Shown in pieces: positions 1 to 16,308 of a stretch of DNA of 64,000 bases. The first letter of the stretch is position 1. Each line of letters begins with the position of its first letter. The translations under genes and the position numbers were made by a program. Source of the DNA: Abditibacterium sp. (GTDB lineage: Bacteria; Armatimonadota; Abditibacteriia; Abditibacteriales; Abditibacteriaceae); NCBI GenBank assembly GCA_965199495.1, contig CBDASK010000003.1, positions 4,320,001 to 4,384,000 on the forward strand. Direction: 5' to 3'. The notes under the pieces are model-generated. The model saw only the letters and a list, made by a program, of their open reading frames with translations. It was not told where the DNA came from and did no database searches.

Positions 1-2768
<2,768 letters not shown>

Positions 2769-2783
2769 GATTTATGTGTCTGT

Positions 2784-3050
2784 CTATCTGTTATCAGTTA
2801 TCGTTAGTGGGAGGAAGTTGAAGCCGAATCGCCATACGCTCCATGCGAAGCGCTCGAACTCTGCCGCCATTTGCGCGCGGTCGTTTTCACGAGCCGTTTC
2901 GAGACGAACAATGCGAATTTCCAAATCTTGGATTTCATTGCTCATCGCGGCCAATTCTTCTGCCGTGCCACGCGTAGAACTTTCGAGGCGGTTAAGGGAA
3001 TCATCGATCAGAGCAAGCCTTTTCGCGTATTCCCAAGTGTCACTAATCAA
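2784..3050 (-). CDS. small hypothetical coiled-coil protein (88 aa) between rpoB and rpoC
   Basis: TTG start 1 nt after the upstream ORF's stop; heptad-like helical sequence (LNRLESSTRGTAEELAAMSNEIQDLEIRIVRLE). Confidence 0.5.
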   Translation of the reverse strand: MISDTWEYAKRLALIDDSLNRLESSTRGTAEELAAMSNEIQDLEIRIVRLETARENDRAQMAAEFERFAWSVWRFGFNFLPLTITDNR

Positions 3051-3051
3051 C

Positions 3052-3309
3052 TCATTTCGCCGCCTTTTGTAGACGCTTTGCCTTTAGGTTCGTTAATGTT
3101 TCGTCCAGTTCATCCAGCGCACCGCATAAACGGGTTGCGCTGTTAGCGGCTTTTCGCGAGTTTTCCATCAGCGCATTCCATGCTTCTTGCTCTTCAGAAG
3201 AGAATTCGGCCTGCGGTTCCAGCGAATCGATATGAACCAAACGGCCAGCCTGTGGCCCGTCCATGACCATCGCGCGAATCGGTTGAGTTTGAGAAATGAT
3301 TGCTGCCAT
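3052..3309 (-). CDS. small hypothetical protein (~85 aa) between rpoB and rpoC
   Basis: ORF 3052..3351; the ATG at 3309 (MAAIISQ) is preceded by an AGGAGG Shine-Dalgarno (cctcct at ~3319-3324 on +); helical C-terminus. Confidence 0.55.
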   Translation of the reverse strand: MAAIISQTQPIRAMVMDGPQAGRLVHIDSLEPQAEFSSEEQEAWNALMENSRKAANSATRLCGALDELDETLTNLKAKRLQKAAK

Positions 3310-3387
3310 CTGCGATTGCCTCCTGAGATTTGAATCGGTCAAACCGCGCATCGCCAGCCGAAGCTAACGATGCGTGGCTTTCGCAAT

Positions 3388-7599
<4,212 letters not shown>

Positions 7600-8110
7600 A
7601 AAATTATTGAGGAGTTTTTCTCGAAAAGTTCAAGAAAGAGGAGACGATTTGGGGAGACAAAGCGCAGTTAAAAGGCGCCGGGTTGCAAAGGATTCGCGGG
7701 CCATAGAATGTGGCTGGAATGGGTTTGCAGTGTCATAAAGGGGAAGTCGAAGCGATTGACGCGCGCAAAAGCGCGACAACGTAGTTCGGGAGAAGTCGTA
7801 TCGGACGCGCGACGCGAAGATCGGGTTCCGAAAGCACAACTCTTGATTATAGGGATTGGAAAGAATTTTGTCAAGAGGCCCGATAAGATTCCAAATTCAT
7901 CTTTGCTCTCATAATAAATTATGAATAGGGGAATACAACACCTAATCGCACGGCATTTGAATGCACGATGCGACAAGCCAAACCAGCCATCCTGCCAGCT
8001 AAATTTGGAAGTGATAGCCAGTGGGACGACCTTCTTGGGCCTCAGAATGACGAAATTTCAACTTTTCGAGAGAAATACCAGATTCCGCCACGAAGGTAAG
8101 CTGTGAAGTT

Positions 8111-8344
8111 TTAATCGGTTTCGCCGTGCTGAAATGTGCGAGGTGTCAGGCCATAGCAAGCGCGGAAGCCGCGAGCGAGATGAGCGGCGTCGGCAAAGAC
8201 CGTGTGTTGAGCGATGTGCGCGAGCGACCAATCGGTTTCGCGCAACAAAGCGCGCGCTTTTTCCAAACGCAAACGGCGGATGAATGCGGCGGGTGTCACT
8301 CCGAGTTCGCGCTTGAACCTTTGCGAGAAATGATTCGGTGACAA
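8111..8344 (-). pseudogene. C-terminal HTH fragment of an AraC-family regulator
   Basis: SPNHFSQRFKRELGVTPAAFIRRLRLEKARALL..SLAHIA..FADAAHLARGFRACYGLTP matches the C-terminus of AraC 48045..49001; the N-terminal domain is missing. Confidence 0.8.
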
Positions 8345-8387
8345 AAAAGCCGCGCCGCCAGTTGAGGCACGCTCAAATATTCCGAAC

Positions 8388-8802
8388 TTTTCCGACGCTC
8401 ACCGATTGGAGCCAGAACGCCTCAGAAGGCATCAAATATTATTCTGGCAAAGCCGTTTACCGCGCCTCGTTCGACGTGGCTGCTCCCAAAGCGCCCGGCA
8501 CTTACAGCTTGTCGCTTGGAAGCGTCAAAAATCTGGCTTCGGTGCGTATCAACGGACGCGATTTGGGCAGCGTGTGGTGCGCGCCGTGGAGCGTGAACAT
8601 TCCTGCGGGCTTGCTCAAGCCAACGGGCAACCAACTGGAAGTCACCGTCGCCAACCTGTGGGTGAACCGGCTCATCGGCGACAACGACAAACCCGCCGAT
8701 CAACGTTTCACTTCCACGACGGTCGGAAAGGTTTTGTCGGAAAAAGATATACAACCGTCGGGCTTGCTCGGCCCGGTGACTTTGCAAAAAACGCCCGCGT
8801 AA
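8388..8802 (+). pseudogene. C-terminal fragment of a GH106/GH2-like glycoside hydrolase
   Basis: PTLTDWSQNASEGIKYYSGKAVY..VWCAPW..VANLWVNRLIGD..PSGLLGPV aligns with the last ~140 aa of 40547..44029; no catalytic domain or signal peptide. Confidence 0.85.
8757..8802 (+). repeat. 46-bp direct repeat, copy 1 (3' end of the GH fragment)
   Basis: GTCGGGCTTGCTCGGCCCGGTGACTTTGCAAAAAACGCCCGCGTAA; repeated at 9452..9497 with one mismatch. Confidence 0.95.
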
Positions 8803-8897
8803 TGGAAACTTGGATATTATCTCACATCGTGTGCATCACGGCGCACCGTAATGGCAGACTTGGGAACTTAAGCAAAGCCCACTCAACAGAAACCCTC

Positions 8898-9302
8898 ATG
8901 AATTTCATATCAGTCAGAATTATCACCAACGACATCAATGGTATGGTCGCCTTCTACGAACGCGTGATGGCGATGAACGCCGACCGACCCGTGCCCACGT
9001 TCGCGGAGTTCCGCACCGGGGTTGCGACCTTGGCTATCGGCAGCATCGAAACCTTGCAACCCTTCGGTGGCACCGATGTCGCCTCGCCTGCCGCGAACAG
9101 CAGCGCGATCCTCGAGTTTCAGGTGGACGACGTTGACGCGGACTATCGGCAACTCGCCGACCTGATCGGCGATGGGCTGGTGCAGGAACCGACGACGATG
9201 CCCTGGGGCAACCGCTCGCTTCTTTTCCGCGACCCGGACGGCAATTTGGTCAACCTGTTCACCCCGGTGACGGCTGAGGCCATTGCTAAATTTGCGAGGT
9301 GA
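8898..9302 (+). CDS. VOC (glyoxalase/bleomycin-resistance) family protein
   Basis: ATG 8898 (MNFISVRIITND..FYERV), LEFQVDDVDADY, EPTTMPWGNRSLLFRDPDGNLVNL. Confidence 0.9.
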   Translation: MNFISVRIITNDINGMVAFYERVMAMNADRPVPTFAEFRTGVATLAIGSIETLQPFGGTDVASPAANSSAILEFQVDDVDADYRQLADLIGDGLVQEPTTMPWGNRSLLFRDPDGNLVNLFTPVTAEAIAKFAR

Positions 9303-9317
9303 CGCCAAGAACTTATG

Positions 9318-9377
9318 TCTTAACAGCGGTCTCGCAGGGGCATGGCTTGCCATGCCCCTGCGAGACCGCTGTTAAGA
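9318..9377. repeat. perfect 29-bp-arm palindrome (REP-like)
   Basis: TCTTAACAGCGGTCTCGCAGGGGCATGGC-TT-GCCATGCCCCTGCGAGACCGCTGTTAAGA. Confidence 0.9.
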
Positions 9378-9451
9378 TACGCTTTAGGCATCCAACCCAA
9401 CCGAGGCACTCGTAGCGGATCGCTATCAATCGTCGTGGGCGCAGTCGCTCA

Positions 9452-9497
9452 GTCGGGCTTGCTCGGCCCGGTAACTTTGCAAAAAACGCCCGCGTAA
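9452..9497 (+). repeat. 46-bp direct repeat, copy 2
   Basis: GTCGGGCTTGCTCGGCCCGGTAACTTTGCAAAAAACGCCCGCGTAA. Confidence 0.95.
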
Positions 9498-9539
9498 CGG
9501 CCCCCTTTGGGTTATCGATATTTGACGACACTTGTTTAA

Positions 9540-9553
9540 TCGCTCACAATACA
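9540..9553 (+). repeat. polar 14-mer TCGCTCACAATACA, copy 1
   Basis: Exact match, intergenic. Confidence 0.9.
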
Positions 9554-9645
9554 TAGATTTTCTGTTGTTTACGTCTTCTCGAACCCAACTTAATGTCATG
9601 TTTCAAAGCGCGATTTTCCCAAATACGGTTAAATATAACTAAGCG

Positions 9646-10665
9646 ATGTCCGTTTCTTCTTCCCCGATAATTCCGCCATTCGACGCGATTCGCGCGGCGA
9701 TTGAGCGCAACCAAACTTTCTATATCACGACTCACGTCGGCCCCGATGGCGATGCGATTGGCCCGGCGCTGGCGCTCAAAACTGCGCTCGAAAATATCGG
9801 CAAAACCGTGACCTACGTGTCGCGCGATGGCGTGCCGCAGTCGAGCCAATTCGTGGCGCGCGCCGATCAAGTTTCGTTGTCGGTGCCCGAAGGCGCGCGT
9901 TTCGATTGCGCATTTGTGCTTGATTGCGATGGCACGCCCGCGCGCGTGGCTTCGGCTTACGAACCGATTAGCGGCGCCAAAGAGCGCGTGATGATCGATC
10001 ACCATCGCACGTCGAAGCCGATATTTGAGACGAATTGGATTGACCCGTCGCAGGCAGCCACGGCGATGATGGTTTATCAGTTGTTGCGCCATTTCGAGTG
10101 GCCGATTGACGCGGGCATGGCGCAGGGATTATTGATGGGTTTGTCGTGCGATACCGGCCATTTTCGTTTTGATAATACCTCCGCCGAAGTTTTGGCGGCG
10201 GCGGCCTATTTGGTCGAGCGCGGCGCCGATCCGGCGCAAATCGCCTTTAAGTTGTTCGATGAGCGCTCGTTTATTTCGACGCAGTTGCTGGGAATCGCGC
10301 TTTCTAAAATGCAGTCGGCCAGCGCGGGCCAATTGGTGTGGACGGATTTAACTTACCAAGATTTTTTGAGCGTGGGCGCGACCGATGAAAGCGTTGAGAA
10401 TGTGGTGAATTTCCTGCGTTATTGCAAGGGCGCGCGCTTCGCGATTATTTTTCGCGAGCGCCGCGATGAAAATGGCGTGACGGCCAGCATGAGCGTGCGC
10501 AGCGTGCCGGAACTGCGCGCCGATCTGTTCGCTAACGAATTCGGCGGTGGCGGTCACGCCGTGGCGGCGGGCTTTCGGATTAAGGGCAATTTTGAGCGCA
10601 ACGTCGAGGAAGTTTTGGAGCGCGCGCAGGAATGGCTCGAAGAGGAACATGAGCCGGTCTCCTAA
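9646..10665 (+). CDS. nrnA: DHH-family bifunctional oligoribonuclease/PAP phosphatase
   Basis: HVGPDGDAIG, IDHH, DTGHF, GGGGHAVAAG motifs; canonical nrnA-truB-ribF order. Confidence 0.92.
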   Translation: MSVSSSPIIPPFDAIRAAIERNQTFYITTHVGPDGDAIGPALALKTALENIGKTVTYVSRDGVPQSSQFVARADQVSLSVPEGARFDCAFVLDCDGTPARVASAYEPISGAKERVMIDHHRTSKPIFETNWIDPSQAATAMMVYQLLRHFEWPIDAGMAQGLLMGLSCDTGHFRFDNTSAEVLAAAAYLVERGADPAQIAFKLFDERSFISTQLLGIALSKMQSASAGQLVWTDLTYQDFLSVGATDESVENVVNFLRYCKGARFAIIFRERRDENGVTASMSVRSVPELRADLFANEFGGGGHAVAAGFRIKGNFERNVEEVLERAQEWLEEEHEPVS

Positions 10666-10668
10666 AAT

Positions 10669-11547
10669 ATGTTGTATCACGGAGTTCTCAATTTATTAAA
10701 ACCGCCCGGCATGACCAGCCACGACGCCGTGGCTCATGTGCGGCGCGTGCTGAAAACCAAGCGAGTAGGGCACACTGGCACGCTCGATCCAGCGGCGGCG
10801 GGCGTGTTGCCGATTTGCGTTGGTTTGGCGACGCGCTTGGTTGAGGTGCTGCAAGAAGGCACCAAAGAGTATTTGGCTGAAGCGACTTTTGGTTATGAAA
10901 CAGACACGCTCGATGCTGTTGGCGAAACGATTCGCGAATGCGATGCGAAAGATTTAACTATTGAACAATTGGAACGCGCGTGCGAAAAATTTCGTGGCGA
11001 AATACAGCAGCAACCGCCGTTGCATTCGGCAATAAAAATCGGCGGACAAAAGCTGTATGACATCGCGCGCGCGGGCGGCGACATCGAAATTCCCACGCGT
11101 TCGGTCACGATTTCGGCGCTCGAAATCACGCGCTTTTTCGCGGGCGAGCGGCCCCGCGCGTTTTTGCGCATCGAATGTTCAGGCGGCACTTACATTCGTT
11201 CGCTGGTGCGCGACATCGGGCGCGAATTGAACAACGCGGCGACGATGACTTTTTTGACGCGGACGCGCGTGGGCGAATTTGAACTTAGCGAAACTGTGAC
11301 TCCGCAAGAATTCGAGAGTCAGCCGAATTTGATGCCATTGCCCAAAATGCTGGTGCAACTTTACGGAGCCGCTCATGTTGACGATGAACAAACGACGGCT
11401 TTGTGGCAAGGCAAACAAATTCGCGGTGATTTCGGCGAAAATGCCATTGGATTATGGAGTAATAGAGAACAAAATATCTTTGCTCTGGCGTCATCGGATA
11501 ATGCGGGGAATTGGAAGCCAATCAAGGTTTTCGATTTGCGAGTTTGA
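10669..11547 (+). CDS. truB: tRNA pseudouridine(55) synthase
   Basis: KPPGMTSHD, VGHTGTLDPAAAGVL, CSGGTYIRSL. Confidence 0.97.
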   Translation: MLYHGVLNLLKPPGMTSHDAVAHVRRVLKTKRVGHTGTLDPAAAGVLPICVGLATRLVEVLQEGTKEYLAEATFGYETDTLDAVGETIRECDAKDLTIEQLERACEKFRGEIQQQPPLHSAIKIGGQKLYDIARAGGDIEIPTRSVTISALEITRFFAGERPRAFLRIECSGGTYIRSLVRDIGRELNNAATMTFLTRTRVGEFELSETVTPQEFESQPNLMPLPKMLVQLYGAAHVDDEQTTALWQGKQIRGDFGENAIGLWSNREQNIFALASSDNAGNWKPIKVFDLRV

Positions 11548-11568
11548 GCGGCGAAAGTTCCGTATTCA

Positions 11569-12495
11569 TTGAAAATGCAAGTTCACCGCGTTCTTCCCAC
11601 TCACAAAATTCTCGATAAATGTGCGCTCACCATTGGCACGTTCGATGGCGTTCATCGCGGGCATCAAGCATTAATTGGTCGTCTCAAAGAAGAAGCGGAT
11701 GCGCGCGGTTTACAAACGGTGGCTTTGACTTTTGATGATATGCCGATTTGTCTGTTGCGTCCCGAAGTCTGTCCGCTGCTGTTGACTTTGGCCGAGGAAA
11801 AAATCGCGGCCTTTGCCCAAACTCCGCTCGACCATTTGTTTATCGTGCCGTTCACGCGCGAAATCGCCGGGCAGGGCGCCCGCGAGTGGATGCAAAGTTG
11901 GGTTGATAACATCGGATTAAAATTATTCGTTGGTGGCCCCGATTTCGCTTTGGGCCGCAACCGCGAGGGCACTATTGATCAACTGGCTCTGTTAGGCAAA
12001 GAGCTGGGATTCGAGGCATTATCTCTCGCTGGAAAATTGTTGGAGGGTGATTTCCCCATCAGTTCAACGCGTTGCCGCCAGATCATAGAACGCGGCGAGG
12101 TCGAACGTTCGACGGCGTTTTTGAATCGTCCCTATCGTTTGAGCGGTCACGTTGTCGCTGGCCAACGGTTGGGCCGCACCATCGGGTTTCCCACGATTAA
12201 TATCGAGCCAGACTCTCGCAAATGTCTGCCGTCTCACGGCGTTTATGCCGTGCGCGTTTCATGGAATAGCCAAACTTTCCCCGCCGCTCTTAATATCGGG
12301 ATGCGACCCACAGTCAATGGGTTGAACCGTCAAATCGAGTTCCATGTTCTCCATCAAATCATTGATATTGCCCCCACGCAGGTCGAAATCGAGTTCGTCG
12401 CGCGCATGCGAGACGAACATAAATTTCCCGATTTGAACGCACTCAAGACGCAGTTGAAATTAGACGTGGAGCAAGCCCAAGAAATCCTTCGTTGA
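11569..12495 (+). CDS. ribF: riboflavin kinase/FAD synthetase
   Basis: IGTFDGVHRGHQ, ISSTRCR, GRTIGFPTIN, NIGMRPT. Confidence 0.96.
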   Translation: MKMQVHRVLPTHKILDKCALTIGTFDGVHRGHQALIGRLKEEADARGLQTVALTFDDMPICLLRPEVCPLLLTLAEEKIAAFAQTPLDHLFIVPFTREIAGQGAREWMQSWVDNIGLKLFVGGPDFALGRNREGTIDQLALLGKELGFEALSLAGKLLEGDFPISSTRCRQIIERGEVERSTAFLNRPYRLSGHVVAGQRLGRTIGFPTINIEPDSRKCLPSHGVYAVRVSWNSQTFPAALNIGMRPTVNGLNRQIEFHVLHQIIDIAPTQVEIEFVARMRDEHKFPDLNALKTQLKLDVEQAQEILR

Positions 12496-12536
12496 AGCAA
12501 TCCGAAGCAGCCATCTCACGCATATTTTCACTTCAT

Positions 12537-12550
12537 TCGCTCACAATACA
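12537..12550 (+). repeat. polar 14-mer TCGCTCACAATACA, copy 2
   Basis: Exact match, in the gap between convergent ribF and glycerate kinase. Confidence 0.9.
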
Positions 12551-12600
12551 AATGGAAAAGTGTGCGGTAGCTTTTGCGGTATCTTTTATAGAAGCGTCCG

Positions 12601-13728
12601 CTATTTCATCTTCGTCAGAGCTTTTTCCACACAATCTGCAAGTAATACTTCAGCATTTGTAATGCAATACTCCCTTGTCTTTGAGCCGTCGTTAAGCGCG
12701 AATGCTGACTTTATTCCAAGGATTTTCAGTGTCGCAACATCTAGCTCGACTTGACCGGCGAAACCGATAACTGGAATGGCCTGTTGTCGCGCCGCATTGC
12801 AAACGCCGACAATAGATTTTCCGCTGAGGGTTTGCGAGTCAATTGAACCTTCTCCCGTTAAAATTAGGTCAGCCTTTCGTATTTTATCCGTGAAATTCGC
12901 ATACTTCAACACGAAATTAATGCCCGACTGAAATTTTACGTGCGGACAAAAGGCCATCAACCCGAATCCAATGCCTCCCGCTGCTCCCGCGCCCGCGACG
13001 TGGCTGTGATTTGTGCCGGTCATCTCTGCCACGACTTTGGATAAGTTTATTAACCCTTCATCCAGCACAATAATTTCGTCTGGTGTCGCCCCTTTTTGGG
13101 CGGCGTAAACCCAGGCCGCTCCGTCTGGGCCGTAAAGAGGATTCGTGACATCGCATAATATCGTGAATTTGGTTTTGCTCAAGCGCGCGTCGAAAAATTG
13201 GAGATCAAGGGTTGCCAATTGTTTCAATGAGCCACCGCCGGGTGGTAGAACCCGTGATTGTTCGTCGCGTGCGAATAATCCCAGCACGCTCAGCGCTCCG
13301 ATTCCGCCGTCGGTGGTAGCGCTGCCACCGACGGCCAGCACGATTTCGCGACATCCCGCGTTGAGCGCAGCTTTAATTAGCTGTCCTGTGCCAAATGATG
13401 AAGCTGCTAAAGCGTTGCGATGAGCAGGGGTAACTAAGCCAAGCCCAGAAGCTGCGGCCATCTCGATAATGGCGTGTCCATCGTCGGTCGAAATACCCCA
13501 ACGGGCTTCGACCATTTTGCCCGCAGGATTTTTGACGCGCTCCGTTTTGAGCAGTACATTGCCATGAGTTGATAGCGCTTCAAGAGTTCCTTCGCCGCCG
13601 TCAGCCAAGGGCACGCTAAGAATTTCCGCATCGGGAAAGACACGGCGTGCGCCCGATTCCATAGCGTGGGCGGCTTGCCGGGCCGTCATTGAGCCTTTGA
13701 AACTATCGGGCGCCACCACGATTTTCAT
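12601..13728 (-). CDS. glxK: glycerate kinase (class I)
   Basis: MKIVVAPDSFKGS, PLADGGEGT, GGSATTDGG, GAGAAGG, TGEGSIDSQT; ATG overlaps the upstream stop (ATGA). Confidence 0.93.
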   Translation of the reverse strand: MKIVVAPDSFKGSMTARQAAHAMESGARRVFPDAEILSVPLADGGEGTLEALSTHGNVLLKTERVKNPAGKMVEARWGISTDDGHAIIEMAAASGLGLVTPAHRNALAASSFGTGQLIKAALNAGCREIVLAVGGSATTDGGIGALSVLGLFARDEQSRVLPPGGGSLKQLATLDLQFFDARLSKTKFTILCDVTNPLYGPDGAAWVYAAQKGATPDEIIVLDEGLINLSKVVAEMTGTNHSHVAGAGAAGGIGFGLMAFCPHVKFQSGINFVLKYANFTDKIRKADLILTGEGSIDSQTLSGKSIVGVCNAARQQAIPVIGFAGQVELDVATLKILGIKSAFALNDGSKTREYCITNAEVLLADCVEKALTKMK

Positions 13729-14873
13729 AATTTTTGCGCGTTGTCTATTTCCAAACCCATCTCCGAGGCCCATTGGCGATAGGCATAAGGCGAGATTTCG
13801 CTGGGCTTGATCTCGGAACGACCGCCCCAGAAAACATTGGTGTAGAGCAGGGGAATTCCCACCTTTTCCAAGTGTTCATCAATGGCGGCTTTGTGGGCTA
13901 ACACCAAATCTTTGTCGGTTCCATGAGCCACGCCCATGATATTGACGCCCTTGAAATCGGGGCCGCCCTCGCGCCAGTAAGCATGAGTCATAATATGAAA
14001 ACGCCCCACTTCCTTGCCCGCCTCGATTTCGCGACCGATGGGGACTTTCCAGTGAAAGAGCGCGTTGAATTTGGTGACGCGCTCGCCCGAATCCAGTTTT
14101 TTGGTGTGTTCCAAAAACGTCGAAAAGCGACCGATAACGCGGCGCTGGTTGAGTTGGCGCGCGATTTCGACGAATTCATCCAGGGGCAAGCCCGCTTCGT
14201 CGGCCCGCGTTTGCCAGAGATTGGCGCGGATTTCGTCGGGTTCGAGTTCACGTTTGAGGGCTTCCAAAACGCGCCATTCCAAGGGAGAAAGTTCGGCAAT
14301 TGCTGTGTCCATCACGCGCGTGGGTTCGTCCGACTTGGCGCCGGGTTCGAGCAGACGCCGCCGGACGTGCCCAACACCTAAGGCGAAAAGCCGGTTGGCG
14401 GGCATCAATTTGTAGGCGGTGGCTCCGGTTTGATCCATCAAAAATTCGCAGTGGCGCTCCATGCTATAAGGACGCGGAATTTTTAGTGTCGTCCACAAAC
14501 GATAACGCGCTCCGGCAATGGCCGAATCGGTCGTGCGAATGACGACGTGGCCGCTAAAGGGATCGCGCTCAAACATCCAGTTGAAGGCGTCGTTGAGTTT
14601 CTCTTCGGGCACCTGCCACGCGACCAGAGAACCCGGCGCGAGGTTGGTCGCCATCAAAGTCTGGCGCACGCGGCGGATGGTGCCCGCTTCGAGCATGGCC
14701 CGAATCCGCTCCAAAACGAGGGATTCCGGTAAATTGGCGGCGCGGGCGATTTCGCCAAAGGGATCGGGCGAGAATCCTTGAACCTTGTCTTCCGACACGC
14801 TCAAAATCTGAGCGTTAATCGGATCGGTCGTTGAGGTGGGAAGGGAAGAAAGGGTTTGTGACATATTGAGCAT
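13725..14873 (-). CDS. fused Lrp/AsnC-like protein of siroheme decarboxylase (AhbAB/NirDL) type
   Basis: Two tandem HTH + ferredoxin-like repeats (PFGEIA..GTIRR..LVAWQVP..HVVIR; ..VIGRF..LFHWKVP..HAYWR). Confidence 0.65.
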   Translation of the reverse strand: MLNMSQTLSSLPTSTTDPINAQILSVSEDKVQGFSPDPFGEIARAANLPESLVLERIRAMLEAGTIRRVRQTLMATNLAPGSLVAWQVPEEKLNDAFNWMFERDPFSGHVVIRTTDSAIAGARYRLWTTLKIPRPYSMERHCEFLMDQTGATAYKLMPANRLFALGVGHVRRRLLEPGAKSDEPTRVMDTAIAELSPLEWRVLEALKRELEPDEIRANLWQTRADEAGLPLDEFVEIARQLNQRRVIGRFSTFLEHTKKLDSGERVTKFNALFHWKVPIGREIEAGKEVGRFHIMTHAYWREGGPDFKGVNIMGVAHGTDKDLVLAHKAAIDEHLEKVGIPLLYTNVFWGGRSEIKPSEISPYAYRQWASEMGLEIDNAQKL

Positions 14874-14890
14874 TGCACCTCTATTGCGGT

Positions 14891-16093
14891 TTACGATTGT
14901 AAGAGTTCCTCGACTGCCGCGACCATCGCGCGCGCGCCCAGAAAAAGCGCGCTTTCATCGATATTAAAGCGCGGGTGATGATGGGGCCACACGGCGCCGC
15001 TGGCCTCGGCGCGACCGCCCACGAAAAAATAACAGCCGGGAATTTGTTGGAGCACCAGCGACATATCTTCAGCGCCCATCGTCGGCTCAAAAGGTTGGAC
15101 GTTGCCCGCACCCGCCACGCGCTGGAATACGGGCAACAGGCGTGCTGTGACCTCTTCGTTGTTGACCGTGGCTGGGTAGCCGGGAAAAAATTGCCACTCG
15201 CCCTGCGCGCCAAAAGCCTTTGGCAGCGTTTCCACGATCTGGCGCGCGCGTTCTTGAAGAGTCGTGCGCACCGATTCATGGAAAGAGCGCAGCGTGCCTT
15301 CCATCCGGGCTTCGCCGGGAATAACATTAAAAGCCGTTCCACTTTGGAGGCTTCCGATGGTGATAACTGCCGAGTCAAGCGGTTTGATATTTCGGGCGAC
15401 AATGGTTTGCAGCGCCCCAATGACTTGAGCAGCCACGACGATGGCGTCGGTCGTCTGCTGGGGCATCGCGCCGTGGCCACCTTTGCCGGTAATTTGGATG
15501 CGAAACTCATCGGAGGCCGCCATCACCGGGCCGGGCGCAAGGCCGATAGTGCCCGCCTCGATTTCGCTCCAGACGTGCAGGGCAAGCGCGTAGTCGGGCC
15601 GGGGGTTCTCTAATAATCCCGCGTCAATCATTTTGCCCGCGCCGCCTAAACCTTCCTCGGCGGGCTGAAACATAAATTTCACGGTGCCGTGCAGTTGCTC
15701 GCGTTTTTCTGAAAGTAGTCGGGCGACCGTAAGGCCAATGGCCATGTGGCAATCGTGGCCGCAGGCGTGCATGGCGCCGGAAGTTTTCGATTTCCATTCC
15801 CATTGAGTGTCTTCTTCGATGGGCAGGGCATCCATGTCGGCGCGCACCAGCACGCAGGGGCCACTCTGGGCGCCACGCAATAGACCGATAACGCCGGTTA
15901 CGCCAACATTTTCAGTGACTTCGTAACCTAACTCTCGTAGTCTTTGCGCGATGATGCCCGCGCTGCGAACCTCGTGATAACCCAATTCGGGGTGCGCATG
16001 AAAATCTCGTCTGAGCGCCACGATGTCCTGCTCCCACGGCAAAGAGAGGTCGGGAATTCCAGCGATATTCAATAATTCAGGGGCAAATGACAT
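14891..16093 (-). CDS. M20D amidohydrolase
   Basis: RRDFHAHPELG, RADMDALPI, MHACGHD, FQPAEEG, GGHGAMP, AEDM, HHHPRF. Confidence 0.93.
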   Translation of the reverse strand: MSFAPELLNIAGIPDLSLPWEQDIVALRRDFHAHPELGYHEVRSAGIIAQRLRELGYEVTENVGVTGVIGLLRGAQSGPCVLVRADMDALPIEEDTQWEWKSKTSGAMHACGHDCHMAIGLTVARLLSEKREQLHGTVKFMFQPAEEGLGGAGKMIDAGLLENPRPDYALALHVWSEIEAGTIGLAPGPVMAASDEFRIQITGKGGHGAMPQQTTDAIVVAAQVIGALQTIVARNIKPLDSAVITIGSLQSGTAFNVIPGEARMEGTLRSFHESVRTTLQERARQIVETLPKAFGAQGEWQFFPGYPATVNNEEVTARLLPVFQRVAGAGNVQPFEPTMGAEDMSLVLQQIPGCYFFVGGRAEASGAVWPHHHPRFNIDESALFLGARAMVAAVEELLQS

Positions 16094-16164
16094 GGGTTTT
16101 AGTTTAATTCAAAGTCACTGCCACTAAGACATCGGAATCAACGATTCAATAATAATCTGCTTAG

Positions 16165-16178
16165 TCGCTCACAATACA
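16165..16178 (+). repeat. polar 14-mer TCGCTCACAATACA, copy 3
   Basis: Exact match, intergenic, downstream of the recombinase. Confidence 0.9.
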
Positions 16179-16308
16179 AGTCCTTATATGTGATTAAAGT
16201 TTGATCTGAGACGTGAATCCTTAAAATATTCTATCAAAGTAAAATGATGGGGTATGATATGAGATGAATAGAGTAGATTGGCTGTTTTGGCTGTTGAGGA
16301 ATACGAAA

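Noticed and set aside
8406..9302. 298-aa ORF as a single protein
   Set aside because: Only the part from ATG 8898 is VOC-like; the upstream part is an alternate frame of the GH fragment.
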